DNA from: Octopus sinensis
Taxonomy: Eukaryota
Reading direction: 5' to 3'
Length of the DNA: 64,000 bases
Assembly: GCF_006345805.1 (NCBI RefSeq)
Contig: NC_042997.1
Span: 4,030,001 to 4,094,000 of the forward strand
Shown: positions 63,949-64,000 of the stretch, piece by piece
How the letters are laid out: every line of letters begins with the position of its first letter
Position numbering within the stretch: the stretch's first letter is position 1
Program-made: the position numbers and the translations under genes
Notes under the pieces: generated by a model
What the model saw: only the letters and a program-made list of their open reading frames with translations
Databases searched by the model: none
What the model was told of the DNA's origin: nothing

Positions 63949-64000
63949 CTGCGGGGGAAAACGGCGGTCGAAAAAGTTGTCATACATTAAATAGCATAGA

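Overview
AT-rich, microsatellite-dense eukaryotic DNA. The SINE and LINE content looks like an Octopus (coleoid cephalopod) genome; this is my recognition of the families, not a database result. No host protein-coding gene can be identified with confidence, only a few weak candidate exons. The window is mostly layered, decayed mobile elements: a Helitron helicase remnant and a non-autonomous Helitron; several R4/Dong-type restriction-like-endonuclease (RLE) LINE 3' ends sitting in (AAT)n, including a near-identical tandem pair; a HERO-like LINE; an internally deleted Tx1/L1-like LINE; CR1 pieces; Penelope-like elements (PLEs); several mariner/Tc1 remnants; and tRNA-derived SINEs. The most striking signal is ten type-I hammerhead-ribozyme-like motifs from five unrelated repeat families, mostly in (TA)n-flanked tandem or inverted structures. 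One is a 559-bp tandem unit inside a 1.75-kb palindrome that would release a 559-nt monomer RNA (retrozyme-like). Another family shows stem-I covariation between diverged copies. All alignments and folds were done by eye.
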